Of a DNA stretch of 64,000 nucleotides, positions 1 to 9,481 are shown in pieces. The stretch lies in NCBI GenBank assembly GCA_039795775.1, contig JBDKLC010000005.1:379958-443957 (forward strand), in the 5' to 3' direction. A program made the position numbers and the translations under genes. The notes under the pieces are model-generated. The model ran no database searches. It was not told the DNA's origin and was given only the letters and a program-made list of their open reading frames with translations. The stretch is from Candidatus Parcubacteria bacterium. GTDB lineage: Bacteria > Patescibacteriota > Minisyncoccia > Phycocordibacterales > CAIZLB01. Every line of letters starts with the position of its first letter. The first letter of the stretch is position 1.

Positions 1-114
1 CCACCCCGGGCACATGGTCGAGAAAGGTATATATGACCGAAACAAAATTGCGAAGAGACCAGAATTTTGTTATCATCAAAACACAAAAATTGAGTTTTCT
101 CAATTTATAAAAAT

Positions 115-188
115 GCATCCATAGCTCAGCTGGTAGAGCACTCGCCTCTTAAGCGATTGGTCGTAGGTTCGATTCCTACTGGGTGCAC
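115..188 (+). tRNA. tRNA-Lys (anticodon CTT)
   Basis: Cloverleaf read by hand: acceptor GCATCCA/TGGGTGC, D-arm TAGCTCAGCTGGTAGAGC, anticodon loop CTCTTAA, T-arm GTAGG-TTCGATT-CCTAC, discriminator A. Confidence 0.85.
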
Positions 189-272
189 AAGAGCAGAAAC
201 CACACATACACGCCTATCAGGATTGTTGTGTGGTTTCGCTTTTAGAGAGACACAGTGTCTCTCACAGAATAC

Positions 273-354
273 GGGCGAGTGGCGGAATTGGTATACGCGC
301 CAGTCTTAGGAACTGGTTCCGCAAGGATTAAGGGTTCGAGTCCCTTCTCGCCCA
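273..354 (+). tRNA. tRNA-Leu (anticodon TAG), long variable arm
   Basis: Acceptor GGGCGAG/CTCGCCC, anticodon stem CCAGT/ACTGG with loop CTTAGGA, long variable arm, T-arm GGGTTCGAGTCCC. Confidence 0.85.
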
Positions 355-364
355 CAAAAATTAT

Positions 365-397
365 AAAGTACGGATTCTTTCCGTACTTTTTAATTTT
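365..397 (+). terminator. intrinsic terminator after the tRNA pair
   Basis: Hairpin AAAGTACGG-ttcttt-CCGTACTTT followed by TTAATTTT. Confidence 0.6.
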
Positions 398-511
398 AAG
401 TGATTACAGAGAAGGACGAGAAAGCCGGAACGTAGCCGCTCTATGAGCGCAGCGAATTGCGGCAAGTGGGGCGGGGTCGCAGAAAATTTGTGTAACAAAT
501 TTATCTGTGAC

Positions 512-530
512 CGAGTCCCTTCTCGCCCAC
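512..530 (+). repeat. exact 19-nt direct repeat of the tRNA-Leu 3' end (att-like remnant)
   Basis: CGAGTCCCTTCTCGCCCAC at 512-530 is identical to 336-354 (T-arm plus acceptor 3' half of tRNA-Leu). A more degenerate copy (CAGGGTTCACCCCCTCTTTCTCGC) lies near 2477-2505. Confidence 0.6.
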
Positions 531-827
531 CAACATTTGGAAACACAGACTTCAACGAGTCTGTGTTTTCTTTTATAGTTTATTTATAAAAACTTTCTAA
601 AATACCTTGCAACATAAGGCTGGTTTTCACTTACGTCAACCTAACGTATTTCAATGTTGATACTTGACAATATAGGTATTTGGTGATACAATAGTAACTG
701 AAATAACCGTCCCGTTTAGCGGTTTACCACACTAACCCGGTAGGCCTCAAAACCTACCACCAACAACCAAAAAAACACTCGTTAGAGGGCTCTACCGCCT
801 CCTAACGGGAGGAGACGGTAGAGTTCT

Positions 828-1862
828 TTGACATACTTCAGTTCAAATATGAAATTCAACATGTTTCTTATCGCCCTTCTTGGGCTTGTCCTCTACATCA
901 TCGGCGGAGAGTTGGCCCTCAAGGTCCTCCTCTGGCTCCGATGGAAAGTGCTCAGCACTCCGATGGTTGTCACGTTCACCGTGCATGCCATCGTCGCGGG
1001 AGTCGCGTTTTGCTTCTGGCTTCTCGGCTGGATGCACGACACGATTTCAAGCGGCAATGTCGGGATCCCCTGGGTCTTCGGCGTTCCACTCAACATGCCC
1101 TTTTCTTCCGGTCCTTACTGGAAGATTCCTGGCCTTATGCAGGTCAATGAAATTTCGATGGTGCCTCAGACCACTGGTTTGAATGGCACTGACGAGAAAG
1201 GCATGGAGGTGTTGGCAAAAGGTAATGGAAACATTACCGGCTCGAACGCTTCAACCTTCGTAGAGTTTCTTTTGAAGGTGACAGTGATTTGGCGGATCTA
1301 TGATCCCTTTAAGTTTTTTACCTTCCTGGAACTCAACTGGGGAGATGAAACTGACTGGGATGCAGCGGTCAAAAAAGCTCAAAATGCTTTTGTGCCAAAG
1401 GTCAATGAGTTCATCCGAGCTCAAGCAGCCAAAACTAGCTACGAAGCCATCATCACTACACATCTTCATGATGAAGTAGAAGCCGTTCGCCTAATCCTCA
1501 ACTCAGATGACATCGAAGTCATCTCAGGAATCGGTATCGAAGTGCGTGAACTCGCCATCTCGAAAGTGGTGGCAAAAGATCCAAAGTTTGCAACGCTCCT
1601 CGCGGGCGGTGCAGAAGAAGCACAACAAAAGAAGAAAGAGACGACAGATCTCGATACCTTCAATGTCCTGCTAGCGCAAGCAATGAAGGGACTCGTCAAA
1701 GAGGGCTGGTCCAAAACGGATCCAGCTACTCGTGAAGAGGCCATGCGTATCGTACGTGAAGTTCAGGGCAAACAAGGCCCAGCTCAACGCTACGACATCT
1801 CAGGTATTGGAAATCTCGCTGCCTTGCTCGCGCAAGTCATGGGAGCTCGTCGTCGTAAGTAA
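828..1862 (+). CDS. SPFH/band-7 domain membrane protein (HflK/C, stomatin, prohibitin-like)
   Basis: 344 aa, N-terminal TM helices, then SPFH-like core (VTVIWRIYDPFKF..., coiled-coil C-terminus). Markedly GC-rich codon usage relative to the window. Confidence 0.6.
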   Translation: MTYFSSNMKFNMFLIALLGLVLYIIGGELALKVLLWLRWKVLSTPMVVTFTVHAIVAGVAFCFWLLGWMHDTISSGNVGIPWVFGVPLNMPFSSGPYWKIPGLMQVNEISMVPQTTGLNGTDEKGMEVLAKGNGNITGSNASTFVEFLLKVTVIWRIYDPFKFFTFLELNWGDETDWDAAVKKAQNAFVPKVNEFIRAQAAKTSYEAIITTHLHDEVEAVRLILNSDDIEVISGIGIEVRELAISKVVAKDPKFATLLAGGAEEAQQKKKETTDLDTFNVLLAQAMKGLVKEGWSKTDPATREEAMRIVREVQGKQGPAQRYDISGIGNLAALLAQVMGARRRK

Positions 1863-1895
1863 CCATCAACACAGAACACACAAACAACTCAGACT

Positions 1896-2435
1896 ATGGC
1901 AGAAAAAAAGAAGGGTGATAAACCCAAGGAAAAAGATAAAAAACCAGCAAAAACTGGCTCTGGCTGGACGACATTCATCGTCCTGCTCATCGTCATCCTC
2001 CTCATCGTCCTCGGTGGCATGCTCATTTGGGGCAGCATCGAAGACAAAATGGGAGGCCGCAGCTCTGTGGCAACACATGAGAATGCAACGGCAACGAACT
2101 CGGGAGGCTCCGTTCAAAAGAACCTCCTTAGCTACGTTGATAACGGTCGCAAGACCCCAACGGACACCGCCACTGAAGCTCGCACCATAACCATTAAACC
2201 GGGAACTGGTGCTACCGAGCGGACTCGCGTGAGGATTCCACTGAACTATCGCATCGAATGGAGCGGCCCCAAAGGCAAGCCAATCTATGTGACAGGAGAA
2301 AACTTTGCTACCATCACGGATAGCAACACTCCTGGGGAGTATCACAAGACTCCTGAAGGTCGGTGGGTTGAATTCTCATCTGGAACTGGGCACGAAGAAG
2401 AAGTGGACATCTCCTTCACGCCTATCAACAAGTAA
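1896..2435 (+). CDS. membrane-anchored protein, possible NfeD-like partner of the SPFH protein
   Basis: 179 aa, Lys-rich N-terminus, one TM helix (FIVLLIVILLIVLGGMLIW), beta-rich C-terminal domain. GC-rich, co-oriented 33 bp after the SPFH gene. Confidence 0.45.
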   Translation: MAEKKKGDKPKEKDKKPAKTGSGWTTFIVLLIVILLIVLGGMLIWGSIEDKMGGRSSVATHENATATNSGGSVQKNLLSYVDNGRKTPTDTATEARTITIKPGTGATERTRVRIPLNYRIEWSGPKGKPIYVTGENFATITDSNTPGEYHKTPEGRWVEFSSGTGHEEEVDISFTPINK

Positions 2436-2536
2436 CACCAATATCCACAGAAATCCTCCTCAACCGGAGGTAAGCGAGACTGCAGGGTTCACCCCCTCTT
2501 TCTCGCTTTTCTTTTTGCTTTTTTTTGCAACGCAAA

Positions 2537-2570
2537 GGGCGGCGCCGTACGGCGCCGCCCTTCACTTTTG
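2537..2570 (+). terminator. intrinsic terminator (GC-rich perfect hairpin)
   Basis: GGGCGGCGCC-gtac-GGCGCCGCCC followed by TTCACTTTTG. Confidence 0.7.
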
Positions 2571-2592
2571 ATTGCAAAACAGATTTCTACAA

Positions 2593-2859
2593 TTATGGAA
2601 TGATTTGTGATACACCAGAATTGCTAATTCCGAATGTTCCCATGATAAGCTTCATGATCGCAAAAACTGAAATCATGATAAACATACCAAACACTCCCCA
2701 TATCATTGATCGTCTTCCAGTCTCTCTGGCATCCGGACTGTCAGAGTCTTTTACATACTGAAACACTCCGTACATAAATACAACGAGTGCCACACTAAAC
2801 ATAACGTATATAACGGGATTTAGTATAACCTTGTTGAATGTGTGCAGTAGTTTAAGCAT
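2593..2859 (-). CDS. VirB2/TrbC-like pilin paralog 1 (leaderless)
   Basis: 88 aa with two hydrophobic helices flanking a charged loop (DSDSPDARETGRRSMIWG). Homologous to the four upstream paralogs but without a signal peptide. Confidence 0.5.
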   Translation of the reverse strand: MLKLLHTFNKVILNPVIYVMFSVALVVFMYGVFQYVKDSDSPDARETGRRSMIWGVFGMFIMISVFAIMKLIMGTFGISNSGVSQIIP

Positions 2860-2878
2860 GAGACGAAATTAACATCTG

Positions 2879-3247
2879 TTATGAAGAATAGAAACCACCG
2901 GCATTAGGTAAACCTGGTGCAGCTGGTGCTGTGTTGTCGAGGTTCACAGATCGAACCAAGATGTTTACAAGCCCCCACACTGAAACCATCACGAAGAGTG
3001 AGATAACTCCCCAGATCATATAGCCTCGAGCCTCTTTTCGTCCTTCAGCATCATTTGAGATAACAAACTTGAGAATACCCCAAAGGAAGATGAGAACAGT
3101 AAGAGCAATAACGAAAGGAATAAGTCGGTTGATAAGCTGACTAGCCATATCAAGAAGACTCATTACGCCTCCGATGCTCTGAGCGCTCGCAACTACAGGA
3201 AGGCCTGCAAGTGCAATAACTCCAAAACTACTAAGTACTTTTTTCAT
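2879..3247 (-). CDS. VirB2/TrbC-like pilin paralog 2
   Basis: 122 aa. Sec signal peptide (MKKVLSSFGVIALAGLPVVASAQS), two TM helices with loop NDAEGRKEARGYMIWG, then FVMVSVWGLVNIL. Confidence 0.55.
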   Translation of the reverse strand: MKKVLSSFGVIALAGLPVVASAQSIGGVMSLLDMASQLINRLIPFVIALTVLIFLWGILKFVISNDAEGRKEARGYMIWGVISLFVMVSVWGLVNILVRSVNLDNTAPAAPGLPNAGGFYSS

Positions 3248-3375
3248 TTCGTAATTTTATGCTTCTTATAAGCGACCTTTATATACATTTTTAGATGCAC
3301 GAAAAGTCACATACTATTATACCGCTCTTTAAACCCACTTCACAAATGTAACTGTGGATTGAATAATGCGAAAAG

Positions 3376-3798
3376 CTATTTTAGCTGAGGAATGATAAGA
3401 CCAGAACCAAAGAATGATGACTTGAGGATGTTTACAAGACCCCACACTGAAACCATCACGAAGAGTGCCACGATACCAAAGGTAATTGTAGATCGAGCTT
3501 CCTTTCGACTATCTGCATTGTCCCCTGCCATAACGAGTTTGAATACACCCCAGATGAATACAAGCACTGTCATAGAGATGATAAGCGGGATGAGTCTGTT
3601 GAGAATTTCACTAATTCGTACAATGAGATCACCAAAACTTGTCACACTACCGAGGCTTCCAGATGATGACGGAGTAGTCTTTGTGGCAGCTCTTACTTCA
3701 ATTGGAGCTACTATTCCAGCAGATCCTAGAAGGAGCGCAGTCTTTATTGATGTTTTAAATTGAGATACAGATTTCATATGTGTATGTTTATTTAGCAA
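3376..3798 (-). CDS. VirB2/TrbC-like pilin paralog 3
   Basis: 140 aa, or start at 3777 (MKSVSQ). Same architecture, with loop GDNADSRKEARSTITFG and FVMVSVWGLVNIL identical to paralog 2. Confidence 0.55.
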   Translation of the reverse strand: MLNKHTHMKSVSQFKTSIKTALLLGSAGIVAPIEVRAATKTTPSSSGSLGSVTSFGDLIVRISEILNRLIPLIISMTVLVFIWGVFKLVMAGDNADSRKEARSTITFGIVALFVMVSVWGLVNILKSSFFGSGLIIPQLK

Positions 3799-4210
3799 GT
3801 TCCTTCACTGTATTTTGAATAACTGTAGAAATCACTTGAGCTCCAAGAAGTATAGCAGCACCGACGACAGTCCAAAGCAGTGTTTTATGTGCTTGTTCAA
3901 TCTGCTTCACATCGCCTCGAGCAAGTACGTACTGAAGACCAGCATAGATAATGAAGAACACTACAATGATAGCGCCAAGCATTATAAATACTTCGAGCAG
4001 TTTATTAAGAAAAGATTGTAAGTCTCCAGATCCAATTGGATTTTCAATTCTTGTTTTTCCTGAGTTAGATGAACCACCACTTGAAGGATTTGAGGATCCT
4101 CCACTTGAGGGGTTAGAACTTCCTCCTGCAGCATGTACGAGAGCCATCGGCGCAGCAACGAGTGCTAACATCACAAGAAACGCACTAGTAAATTGTAGGA
4201 ATCTTTTCAT
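3788..4210 (-). CDS. VirB2/TrbC-like pilin paralog 4 with GGSSNPSS x3 repeat
   Basis: 140 aa. Signal peptide, triple GGSSNPSS tandem repeat, then two TM helices separated by ARGDVKQIEQAHKTLLW. Confidence 0.5.
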   Translation of the reverse strand: MKRFLQFTSAFLVMLALVAAPMALVHAAGGSSNPSSGGSSNPSSGGSSNSGKTRIENPIGSGDLQSFLNKLLEVFIMLGAIIVVFFIIYAGLQYVLARGDVKQIEQAHKTLLWTVVGAAILLGAQVISTVIQNTVKELAK

Positions 4211-4216
4211 AAAATA

Positions 4217-4636
4217 TTAATTAAGTAATGTATAACCTGCTTTTACTCCCAACTTCACAAATATGAAGTTTACGATAAGCCAACCTGTAAACATAAATAT
4301 AACACCGAGCACTACATTCCACATAATGCCTTTAGCCTTAGAAATAGTGCTCGCATTTCCTGCTCCACTAATAAACAACCATCCTGCGTAACAGATTGAA
4401 ATAACCATAAGGAGAGAACCTAAGAAAAACATAAATCCAATTCCTTCTTGGATGAGCGTGAGAAAATCTCCCCAATTGCATCCCTCGGCTGAACTTCCAC
4501 ACTTTTGGAGCACTTCGATACTTGTCTGAACCTTTGCAGCATCTACAGTTGACGTTGGAACAAAAAAACCAAGTACCGCTGAGAGCATAACCAAACTTAC
4601 GAGTATATGAGCTGAGAGTGATTGAAGAGATTTCAT
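4217..4636 (-). CDS. VirB2/TrbC-like pilin paralog 5
   Basis: 139 aa. Signal peptide, Cys pair (CGSSAEGC), two TM helices with loop NASTISKAKGIMWN. Confidence 0.5.
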   Translation of the reverse strand: MKSLQSLSAHILVSLVMLSAVLGFFVPTSTVDAAKVQTSIEVLQKCGSSAEGCNWGDFLTLIQEGIGFMFFLGSLLMVISICYAGWLFISGAGNASTISKAKGIMWNVVLGVIFMFTGWLIVNFIFVKLGVKAGYTLLN

Positions 4637-4641
4637 CTGAA

Positions 4642-5937
4642 TTATTTTTCTTTGAGCAAATTGTCGAGCTGCTGTTTAGCAGTAGCTACAGCATCTGTTG
4701 TTTTACCTCGTCCTGTTGTAATAGATTCTATCATATCCTGAAAGACTTGATTTGAAGCTACTGGATCTGGGTCAAACCATGTTTTTGATTGAAGTGCCGC
4801 TTCGTTGAAAACAGACTTGTATGACTCACGAGGTTTTTCTACGAGCAAATCTCGTCGCACTGGTGGAAGGCCTGAAATATCTGACCATGCTTGGAGGTTT
4901 TTTGACTGAGTGAAAATACTTATGATTGTAAGTGCATCTGCCACTTTTGGTGAGTTTCGAACAATAGCGAGACCCATGAGACTACCGTAGGTAACCTTTG
5001 GAGATTCATTGGCCTGAGGAATAAGAGCAACGTCAAAATTTAAGTTTGGATTTTTTGACCGAAGCTGTTCGAGCTCACTCGCCTTTCCAAAATACATTGC
5101 AAGATCTCCTGCAAGGAATGCGTCTTGTGAACTACCGAGTGATCGGTTCCATGTGTACAAAGGTTTTACAGGATTTGAAAACTCTGTATAGAATGAAAGT
5201 ACAGCTTCGGCCGGAGCCACAATAGAGTTGGTGTTATTTTCATCAAGTGATGAATATATTATATTTTCTCCAATTGAAGAACGAGATGTGATGTTATTTC
5301 CTGACTGGAAGAAAAGCGTAGCAAGAATCTCCTTGGCGTTGTTCACGTTTCGATATTCGCCAAATGGCACAAGAGCCCGGAGAATACTTGAGGTTTCATT
5401 TCGCTTGATAATAGATGGACCAATGATAGAAAGATCTGTCCAAAGTCGTGGTGGCCGAGCAACTGCTGCTGTAGAGAAAATATCTTTATTCCAGTACATC
5501 ACCATAGGATCCACTGAGAATGGCACAGCAAGAATACCGTCAGGACTCATGAAATGATTTGCAGCTTCGATAAATGTATCGTTGTATTCTCGTTCTGGAA
5601 ATGTCTTGTATCCAATAGCGACAAGCTTGTTTCGCTGCTTGTAGAGCATATCATCTGTAAGGAGTACTACGTCTGGACCTTTTCCTTCAGCAAGAGCATT
5701 TACGAATTCTGAATCAAACGTTTCAGGTCGCTTCTGCACATAATTTATGTTGATGATAGTTGCACTACCGTTGATAGACCGAACATACTCACCCATTTGT
5801 TGAGCTGATACTGTTCCCCACACAGTTGCTTCTGGAGTTGAAGTCTTGTTGATACCACCAAATCCAGCAAAAACAACAACGCCGACAATTGCTAAGAAAA
5901 TAAATACCGCGATAACAATAATTTGGAAGCTACTCAT
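4642..5937 (-). CDS. ABC transporter extracellular solute-binding protein (family 1, sugar-type), membrane-anchored
   Basis: 431 aa, N-terminal TM anchor, periplasmic binding-protein-like sequence. Confidence 0.6.
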   Translation of the reverse strand: MSSFQIIVIAVFIFLAIVGVVVFAGFGGINKTSTPEATVWGTVSAQQMGEYVRSINGSATIININYVQKRPETFDSEFVNALAEGKGPDVVLLTDDMLYKQRNKLVAIGYKTFPEREYNDTFIEAANHFMSPDGILAVPFSVDPMVMYWNKDIFSTAAVARPPRLWTDLSIIGPSIIKRNETSSILRALVPFGEYRNVNNAKEILATLFFQSGNNITSRSSIGENIIYSSLDENNTNSIVAPAEAVLSFYTEFSNPVKPLYTWNRSLGSSQDAFLAGDLAMYFGKASELEQLRSKNPNLNFDVALIPQANESPKVTYGSLMGLAIVRNSPKVADALTIISIFTQSKNLQAWSDISGLPPVRRDLLVEKPRESYKSVFNEAALQSKTWFDPDPVASNQVFQDMIESITTGRGKTTDAVATAKQQLDNLLKEK

Positions 5938-5971
5938 ATTTCTTAATTATATAGTATATATGTGCGAGTCA

Positions 5972-6499
5972 CTACTTGTTTTTAAACAGAAGGCCATAAT
6001 GATGTGACCCGGCATCAAATCCTTTTTCAAGTTCAAAGCCTTGCTGCATAAAAATTTGCTGGGCACGCTCTCGTTGAAGGACATGATCTGGGTGTGGACC
6101 AATATGGTTGTATGAATCAATCCACTCTATAACAACAACTCTCCCCTTTGATTTCAAAATTCGTTTTGCTTCTTTTGCAATTTGTTCAGGGTGCTCATTT
6201 TGAAAAAGCATGTTCACTATAACTACTCGGTCAATAAGAGCATCTGGCAAACAAGATCCGTTTGGTTGTTCGAGGTCACTATGAATAAGCTCTATGTTGT
6301 GAACTTTTTTTCGCTTTGCATCATTTTTGAGAGCTGAGAGGTGATCAGCTTGTACATCTATAGCGAATACTTTTCCGTACTCACCTACTTTTTTTGCAAT
6401 AGCAAGTGTGTAATGGCCAATACCTGCACCGAAGTCTGCAACATGCATACCTTCACCGATGTACATGTGCGCAATATTTTTTAAGGGATCTGAAAACAT
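5972..6499 (-). CDS. class I SAM-dependent methyltransferase
   Basis: Motif I VADFGAGIGHYT. 175 aa. Confidence 0.75.
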   Translation of the reverse strand: MFSDPLKNIAHMYIGEGMHVADFGAGIGHYTLAIAKKVGEYGKVFAIDVQADHLSALKNDAKRKKVHNIELIHSDLEQPNGSCLPDALIDRVVIVNMLFQNEHPEQIAKEAKRILKSKGRVVVIEWIDSYNHIGPHPDHVLQRERAQQIFMQQGFELEKGFDAGSHHYGLLFKNK

Positions 6500-6516
6500 G
6501 TGTACAGTATATCAAA

Positions 6517-6556
6517 AAGATTCAAAAGAACAGAGTCTTTTGAATCTTTTTGTTTT
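6517..6556. terminator. bidirectional hairpin terminator downstream of gyrA
   Basis: AAAGATTCAAAAGA-acagagtc-TTTTGAATCTTT flanked by T-runs on both strands. Confidence 0.5.
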
Positions 6557-6576
6557 TTGTATCGTCTTTTTTAAAT

Positions 6577-9048
6577 CTAGAGACAGATTACTGATGCGAG
6601 TGAATCACCATCTCGGAGTTTCATTACTCGTACTCCTTGTGTGTCTCGTCCAAGAGATGGAATTTCTTTGAGATCACATCGGATTACTTGAGATTTCTTT
6701 GAGATAGCTACAGCTTCCTCGAATTCTTCTGTAACGATTCGTGCTGAGATGAGGTCGCCAGTCTTGTCTGTTACCTTTACGGTCTTGATACCAGAACCAC
6801 CTCGGCCCTGAATCTTATATTCTGTAAGAGGAGTCTTCTTTCCATATCCGTTTGCAGATACAACAAACACATGGCCGTCGTTACCTGCTTTCTTGATTGA
6901 ATCGGCACCTACGACTTTTACTTTGGCATCAAGTCGCATTACTCGTACTCCTCCGGCTGCTCGTCCCATTTCTCGCACGTCTTCTTCAGCAAATCGGATA
7001 GACTGGCCGTCTGATGCAACAACCATAATAGAGTCACCCTTTTCTACAAATGATGCAGATACGAGTTCGTCACCAGCATCGAGTCGGATAGCAATAATGC
7101 CACTTCGTCGCACATCGTGGAAATTTTCTGCCGCTACTTTCTTACCTGTACCGAGTTTTGTCACCAAGAACATAGAGAGTTCTGCGCCCTTCTTGATTTC
7201 TTTTGGCATAGGGAGAATAGATGTCACCTTTTCGTCGGCAGCAAGAGACAAGAAGTTCATAATAGACTTACCTCGTGTGGCTCGTTTACCCTGTGGGATA
7301 TCGTACATTTTGATCTGATATGCCTTACCCTTGTCAGTAAAGAAGAGCAAGTCACTGTGTGTACTTGTTGTCACGAGATGCGTGATAAAGTCTTCTTCTT
7401 TTGTATCGAGATCTACAACGCCGACACCTCCTCGCTTTTGTTTTCGGTATTCGTCTGGATCTGTTCGTTTGATATAACCACCAGCTGTAAGCACGAGTAC
7501 ACTTTCTTCATCAGGAATAACGTCTTCGATTGAGAAGTTTTTTACACCGTGTTTGATAACACGAGTTCGTCGATCATCGCCATATTTTTCTCGCACTTCT
7601 GCAAGTTCAATCTTGATAATCTGAAGTACTCGTTTTGGGTTCTTAAGAATATCTTCACATTCTTTGATGAAAAGCTGTACTTCTTTGAGTTCGTCTTCGA
7701 TCTTCTGTCGTTCGAGACCAGCGAGCTTTTGAAGTCGCATTTCCAAAATAGCTGTCGCCTGTCGATCAGAGAACTTGAATTCCTTCATCAAGTTGGCATG
7801 TGCAGTCGGAGTATCTTTTGATTTCTTGATGAGTTTAATAATTTCATCAATATGGTCGAGCGCTTTTTTGAGACCTAAGAGAATGTGTTCTCGGTCTTTT
7901 GCTTTCGCAAGATCGAATTCAGTTCGTCGTCGAATAACAATTTTTCGGTGCTTGATGAATTCTTCGAGAGCCGTCTTGAGTGAGAATGTCTGTGGTACAC
8001 CGTCGATGAGACCCACCATGTTGTAGTGGAATGTCTGTTCGAGCTGTGTATGTTTGTATAAAAAGTTGAGAACGTTTTGAGGATAACTACCGTTCTTGAG
8101 TTCAATTACAACTCGAATATCTTTTGTAGATTCATCTCGGATATCTTTGATCCCTTCAATTTTCTTTTCTCGAACAAGATCAGCAACAGCTTCGATAAGT
8201 GTAGATTTATTTACTCGGAATGGAATAGACGTAATGATGATTCGTGATACGCCAGTCTTTTCTTCTACAATTTCGGCTTCGCCTCGTACTACAACGCCTC
8301 CTCGTCCATGAGTATATGCGTGGTTGATATCTGTCTGATTGTATACAAGGCCTCCTGTTGGGAAGTCTGGTCCTTTTACGAACTGGAGGAGGTCTTCTGT
8401 CGTAGCGTCTTCATTTTCTGTAAGGTGACTTACAGCATCTACCAACTCACGAAGATTGTGAGGTGGAATGTTTGTCGCCATACCTACAGCAATACCAAGA
8501 GTACCGTTGAGGAGAAGGTTTGGAACAGCCGTTGGAAGTACCATTGGTTCTTTCTTTGTACCATCATAGTTCGGTCGCATATCTACGGTGTTCTTTTCGA
8601 TATCTCGAAGAAGTTCACTTGCGATTCGTGACATCTTTGCTTCTGTATATCGAGGAGCAGCTGGGTTGTCACCGTCGAGACTTCCGAAGTTACCCTGACC
8701 TGCAATGAGTTGGTATCGAGTAGAGAAATCCTGCGCGAGACCTACCATTGTCATATAAATAGACATATCCCCGTGCGGGTGGTAGTTACCCATCACTTCT
8801 CCGACCACGAATGCAGATTTTCGATACTTGGCAGAAAATGTAAGATTGTTCTGATTCATCGCGTACAAAATTCGTCGTTGTACAGGTTTGAGTCCATCTC
8901 GAATATCAGGAAGAGCTCGATCAGTAATAACTGACATCGCATAGTCGATATATGCCTCTTTCATTTCAGTCGTGAGACTTCGAGAAACGATTTTATCGTT
9001 TGGCTGTATTGTTGGTTCTTCTTGAGGTGAATCTGTCTTTTTTGCCAT
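6577..9048 (-). CDS. gyrA: DNA gyrase subunit A
   Basis: 823 aa. N-terminal active-site region ([28 protein letters not shown]...HPHGD) and C-terminal beta-pinwheel repeats. Confidence 0.95.
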   Translation of the reverse strand: MAKKTDSPQEEPTIQPNDKIVSRSLTTEMKEAYIDYAMSVITDRALPDIRDGLKPVQRRILYAMNQNNLTFSAKYRKSAFVVGEVMGNYHPHGDMSIYMTMVGLAQDFSTRYQLIAGQGNFGSLDGDNPAAPRYTEAKMSRIASELLRDIEKNTVDMRPNYDGTKKEPMVLPTAVPNLLLNGTLGIAVGMATNIPPHNLRELVDAVSHLTENEDATTEDLLQFVKGPDFPTGGLVYNQTDINHAYTHGRGGVVVRGEAEIVEEKTGVSRIIITSIPFRVNKSTLIEAVADLVREKKIEGIKDIRDESTKDIRVVIELKNGSYPQNVLNFLYKHTQLEQTFHYNMVGLIDGVPQTFSLKTALEEFIKHRKIVIRRRTEFDLAKAKDREHILLGLKKALDHIDEIIKLIKKSKDTPTAHANLMKEFKFSDRQATAILEMRLQKLAGLERQKIEDELKEVQLFIKECEDILKNPKRVLQIIKIELAEVREKYGDDRRTRVIKHGVKNFSIEDVIPDEESVLVLTAGGYIKRTDPDEYRKQKRGGVGVVDLDTKEEDFITHLVTTSTHSDLLFFTDKGKAYQIKMYDIPQGKRATRGKSIMNFLSLAADEKVTSILPMPKEIKKGAELSMFLVTKLGTGKKVAAENFHDVRRSGIIAIRLDAGDELVSASFVEKGDSIMVVASDGQSIRFAEEDVREMGRAAGGVRVMRLDAKVKVVGADSIKKAGNDGHVFVVSANGYGKKTPLTEYKIQGRGGSGIKTVKVTDKTGDLISARIVTEEFEEAVAISKKSQVIRCDLKEIPSLGRDTQGVRVMKLRDGDSLASVICL

Positions 9049-9089
9049 AGGTGTTTTTTAAAAGCTTGATTAGTGTACCAAATTGATGA

Positions 9090-9455
9090 CTATTCGACTA
9101 CTTGACTGGATGACGCGTCGTAATTTGTACTTTCATTACTTGGAGTTGCCGATATACCGACATCAGTTGAAACTGGTTCTAGGCTCACATCCTTTTCACT
9201 TTTTCTCGTAAAGTTTATACCAGCAGTCTGAGTTTTAAATTCTGAGATGACGCTACCGAACTGATCTGTGATTACTTTAAATGGAGAAATAGTTTTGTTA
9301 GAGTTTTCTTTTGCTATTTCCCCAGATGTTGCTGAATACATAAAAGAGATAACCCAAACAATAAACACAACACCAGAAATGCTTCCACTCAAAACAAAAG
9401 CAAATGCTCTTTTGTACGAATCTGGTTTTTTTCTAAGGTTGTTAAGGTAACTCAT
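9090..9455 (-). CDS. hypothetical membrane protein
   Basis: 121 aa, one TM helix, Ser/Thr-rich tail. Confidence 0.4.
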   Translation of the reverse strand: MSYLNNLRKKPDSYKRAFAFVLSGSISGVVFIVWVISFMYSATSGEIAKENSNKTISPFKVITDQFGSVISEFKTQTAGINFTRKSEKDVSLEPVSTDVGISATPSNESTNYDASSSQVVE

Positions 9456-9481
9456 GAATGTGGATATAGCTTATGTACGAT

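Noticed and set aside
1732-2190. 152-aa ORF with a poly-Ser run overlapping 1896..2435
   Set aside because: It is an alternative frame of the real membrane-protein gene. The poly-Ser tract is the frame-shifted reading of the ATC/CTC codon runs of a TM helix.
3788-4210. Short tandem DNA repeats (GGSSNPSS-coding 24-nt units x3), considered as a possible CRISPR or VNTR
   Set aside because: They are in-frame coding repeats inside a pilin-like gene. There are no spacers of unique sequence and no cas genes. No CRISPR array exists in the window.
6893-8934. Many 60-140 aa ORFs on the plus strand inside gyrA
   Set aside because: They are antisense or out-of-frame to a well-supported 823-aa gyrA, so they are spurious.
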